Assembly (NCBI GenBank): GCA_043804925.1
Contig: JAZDIP010000047.1
Coordinates: 14,987 to 78,986 of the forward strand
DNA: 64,000 bases
Source: a bacterium
GTDB lineage: Bacteria > Bacteroidota > Ignavibacteria > Kapaibacteriales > UBA2268
Reading direction: 5' to 3'
Of this stretch, positions 61,208-64,000 are shown in pieces. Made by a program: the position numbers and the translations under genes. The stretch's first letter is position 1. Every line of letters begins with the position of its first letter. The notes beneath the pieces were generated by a model that had not been told where the DNA came from, ran no database searches, and was given only the letters and a program-made list of their open reading frames with translations.

Positions 61208-61552
61208 ATAAATTTACTGGATAATTACTACTTTCTTGCCAATTCCCTATTTTTTCCCCTCAATCCTTCTATTTTTCTCTCTCTAACCTCACTTCCATTT
61301 GTTAAAATTTTACTCATCTCCATAAAATCCTCAATTTTTTCTCCGGTTTCTTGCCCAACTCCATAATTTTTCTATTTTTTCACGAAAAATTCAGTGTAAA
61401 AAACCAGAATTTCAAAAAATTTATTCAGTTTTAGCACTTGACAAAACAATTTCCAATGCCTTGAACGATGTCAACTTTCTGAAAATTGTTTAAAACTATT
61501 TTTATGATTATATCTACAAAATTTATATTTTGATGTTTTAATAATTTTATTT

Positions 61553-62323
61553 TTGGAAAATATTTTTATGTATTCGGAAATAGTAAAAAGATTATACGAA
61601 GCCGGTAAAATCGTAATATTGACCGGTGCAGGAGTTTCTGCCGAAAGTGGTATTCAAACCTTCCGTGACCCGGATGGCTTGTGGACAAAGATGAATCCTA
61701 TCGAGCTTGCAAGTCCTGAAGGTTTTATGGCTAATCCCGAACTTGTTTGGGAATGGTACCGGCACAGGCGTGAAATTATGGGGAGTAAAAAGCCGAATCC
61801 CGGGCATTATGCCATTGCCGAAATGCAAAAATTAATTCCTAACGTTCTATTATTTACCCAGAACATTGACCGTTTGCATCAGTCTGCAGGTTCTGAAAAT
61901 GTCTACGAGCTTCATGGCAATCTTGTGGATAACCACTGTATGGATTGCAAGAAGCCCTATATAGATGAGGTAGTTCAGTTTTCCACATCGCCTCCGGTTT
62001 GTCCACATTGCGGTGGAAAAGTCAGGCCTTCTGTTGTTTGGTTTGGAGAGATGCTACCCTATGAAGTCTTAATGAAAGCACAGGAATCTGCAGAAACCTG
62101 CGATATTTTCTTTAGTGTCGGAACCTCTGCTGAAGTGTTTCCCGCTGCGGATTTACCGCTCATTGCGCTACGTAACGGTGCATATGTTGTTGAAGTCAAT
62201 CCAAATGAAACCGTAATCAGCAGTCATGTTCATGCTAAACTGAATGCTCCTTCCGGTGTGGCATTTCCCGCTTTAATTGAAGAATATAAAAAATATGCAA
62301 ATGAGGTCGAAAATTTACTTTAA
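61553..62323 (+). CDS. cobB: NAD-dependent protein deacylase, Sir2/CobB family
   Basis: GAGVSAESGIQTFRDPDGLW, the Zn module CxxC...CxxC (CMDC ... CPHCGG) and FTQNIDRLH. Confidence 0.85.
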   Translation: MENIFMYSEIVKRLYEAGKIVILTGAGVSAESGIQTFRDPDGLWTKMNPIELASPEGFMANPELVWEWYRHRREIMGSKKPNPGHYAIAEMQKLIPNVLLFTQNIDRLHQSAGSENVYELHGNLVDNHCMDCKKPYIDEVVQFSTSPPVCPHCGGKVRPSVVWFGEMLPYEVLMKAQESAETCDIFFSVGTSAEVFPAADLPLIALRNGAYVVEVNPNETVISSHVHAKLNAPSGVAFPALIEEYKKYANEVENLL

Positions 62324-62337
62324 ATATGAGGATATAA

Positions 62338-62712
62338 ATGATAGTCGGAATAGGAACGGATATAATCGAGATAGAAAGAATTGAAAAATCAATTGGGCAA
62401 TACGGCGAAAGGTTTTTAAAAAGAATCTTTACCGACACCGAAATAAATTACTGTGAGCAATTCAAGGAAAAAAAATATTTGCACTATGCGGCACGCTTTG
62501 CCGCAAAAGAATCATTCAGCAAGGCAATTGGCACCGGCATTACGGAAGGATTTAAATTTTCTGAAGTAGGAGTTAAGAATGAACAAAGCGGAAGACCAAA
62601 AATAGAGTTGTTCGGTGGTATGGCAAAGCAATGGGGAGATTGCATAGTACTTGTAACGCTATCACATACAGACAAAAACGCAACAGCTTATGTTATAATA
62701 GAGCAATGCTGA
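62338..62712 (+). CDS. acpS: holo-[acyl-carrier-protein] synthase
   Basis: MIVGIGTDIIEIERI ... ESFSKA ... LSHTDKNATAYVII is canonical AcpS. 124 aa. Confidence 0.85.
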   Translation: MIVGIGTDIIEIERIEKSIGQYGERFLKRIFTDTEINYCEQFKEKKYLHYAARFAAKESFSKAIGTGITEGFKFSEVGVKNEQSGRPKIELFGGMAKQWGDCIVLVTLSHTDKNATAYVIIEQC

Positions 62713-62824
62713 GAGAAATTGTAGGAGTTGCAAGAAAATATATACAAGATTATTTCTTTGAATTTTCAAGCATAAAACAAATCAGGATTTAATTTTGACT
62801 TGTGAAAATTTAAAAAATTTATTG

Positions 62825-63994
62825 TTAATTTGTCTCTGTCTGCTGTATTTGAGATAAATTCACTTTGTAAAATTCATTATTGTTGAGATACTCTATTAAC
62901 TCTTCGTCCGATTTATTAAATGAAGATTTGAACTCTGTTATAAAATCAGGTGGAGCACTTGCATTTTTCAGTAAATCGGTTATATACTTTTTATCTTCTT
63001 TGGTTAAAATATCAAATCCGCTCCAAATGCTAAAATAATTCATAATTTTATTTTTTAGCTCGTTATCCAGTTTTTCTTCAAATGTAAAAGTGTGGAATTC
63101 CTTTTGGCTTATATAGAACAAATTTATTTCATCATTTGTTATAGGTTTTTTACGGATGTAATATTTTATTTCATTCTTTTTGTCATCTTTTGTATTAGCA
63201 ATGGATATAATTTGAGTACAATCATCCTTTTTTATTGTATTGCCAATATAATTCCGGAAATTTATTTCGGAATAATATGCAAATTTATTTTCCATAAAAT
63301 CGAGACTAGCTAACAAAGGAACATTTGGAGAATAAGAATATTGTTCTTTCAGCTTCGTGAATTCTATTACAAAAAATAGAAAATCTTTAATATTCAAATC
63401 TTTTAGTAAAGTATCGGATTTTTGGCAAATAATCGAATCCCCGGACACTATTAATGATAACGAAATTTGTCCTGATTCCTTTTTATTCATGGTATAAGAG
63501 TAAAAGTTATTTATCCTTTCAATAGCATTATTTTTATCCATCTCTTTTAAGTCGAGGATTATCTTAAAAATCCCTGTCAAATCATTACTGCTTTCCTTTT
63601 GGCTTATCAGCGACTTTATCTCCTTATCCGTAACAACAATAAATTTTACAATTGATGTTCTCATCATTGTATCGATTTGTACTTCGAGTGAATCCAGAAT
63701 ATCATTTTGAGCACGTCTTACTTTCAGCTGGTTGTAATATTCAAGTTCGTTTTCGAGCAGTTTAAATTGTAAAGTATAACAATATTTCTCAGTCTTAACA
63801 AGTTCGTCTTTGTTTTTCTTAAATACCTCGTAATGGGAAAATACATTGTTGAGTTCATTTAAAAATTCATCATTAACATTACATACTTCCATCGCACTTT
63901 GAAGAGCCCTGTATTTATCGTAGTATGAACCGGAAAATACCAATCTTTGTAATTTTTGGTTAACATATTCTACTTCGTTCAATTGAACTTCCAA
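62825..63994 (-). CDS. hypothetical protein
   Basis: 389 aa ORF with no recognised motif. Starts 6 nt from the window end. Confidence 0.4.
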   Translation of the reverse strand: MEVQLNEVEYVNQKLQRLVFSGSYYDKYRALQSAMEVCNVNDEFLNELNNVFSHYEVFKKNKDELVKTEKYCYTLQFKLLENELEYYNQLKVRRAQNDILDSLEVQIDTMMRTSIVKFIVVTDKEIKSLISQKESSNDLTGIFKIILDLKEMDKNNAIERINNFYSYTMNKKESGQISLSLIVSGDSIICQKSDTLLKDLNIKDFLFFVIEFTKLKEQYSYSPNVPLLASLDFMENKFAYYSEINFRNYIGNTIKKDDCTQIISIANTKDDKKNEIKYYIRKKPITNDEINLFYISQKEFHTFTFEEKLDNELKNKIMNYFSIWSGFDILTKEDKKYITDLLKNASAPPDFITEFKSSFNKSDEELIEYLNNNEFYKVNLSQIQQTETN

Positions 63995-64000
63995 TGCTTT

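Noticed and set aside
61553-62323. Sir2-domain gene as a defence (Thoeris/DSR-like) effector
   Set aside because: Canonical CobB/NpdA architecture (Rossmann fold plus CxxC-x-CxxC zinc module, 250 aa, FRDPDGLW), located next to acpS. No partner TIR, SLOG or STAND gene. Called a housekeeping deacylase.

Overview
This is an AT-rich (~30% GC) bacterial chromosomal segment that looks like Bacteroidota/Ignavibacteriota. The support is several T9SS C-terminal sorting domains, a Fib_succ_major domain, PD40-OmpA proteins and lipoprotein signal peptides.

A housekeeping backbone is recognisable. It comprises pgk, gcvPA, an ftsB-like gene, a ROK kinase, a PP2C/SpoIIE phosphatase, phosphoglucomutase, enolase, thioredoxin, glyA, tRNA-Val and tRNA-Leu, a cobB-type sirtuin and acpS. 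Accessory stretches are interleaved with it.

The points most worth a second look:
- An ECF-like sigma factor, a zf-HC2 anti-sigma factor and a trypsin-like/TPR protease (34.4-39.3 kb) sit directly upstream of about 11 kb of secreted, lipoprotein and T9SS genes. Three of the downstream transcription units carry the same ~34-bp promoter-like motif (TTTCGAGATTT-N12-CAACATA).
- Tracts built from tandem heptanucleotide units (cyanobacterial STRR-like) occur at at least 8 sites. Four are in-frame insertions in coding sequence (ROK kinase, DUF5683, a lipoprotein N-terminus, a DUF2723 membrane protein).
- A BrnT/BrnA toxin-antitoxin pair has a toxin inactivated by two single-base insertions.
- A tRNA-Val/tRNA-Leu locus carries an unusual inter-tRNA hairpin, direct repeats and a two-gene DUF559-nuclease module.
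- A paralog-rich island (50.6-61.2 kb) contains an HD (p)ppGpp-hydrolase-like gene, tandemly duplicated zinc-ribbon genes and a ~95% identical 400-bp direct duplication flanking an inverted TPR gene.

No CRISPR array, rRNA or intact IS element was found.
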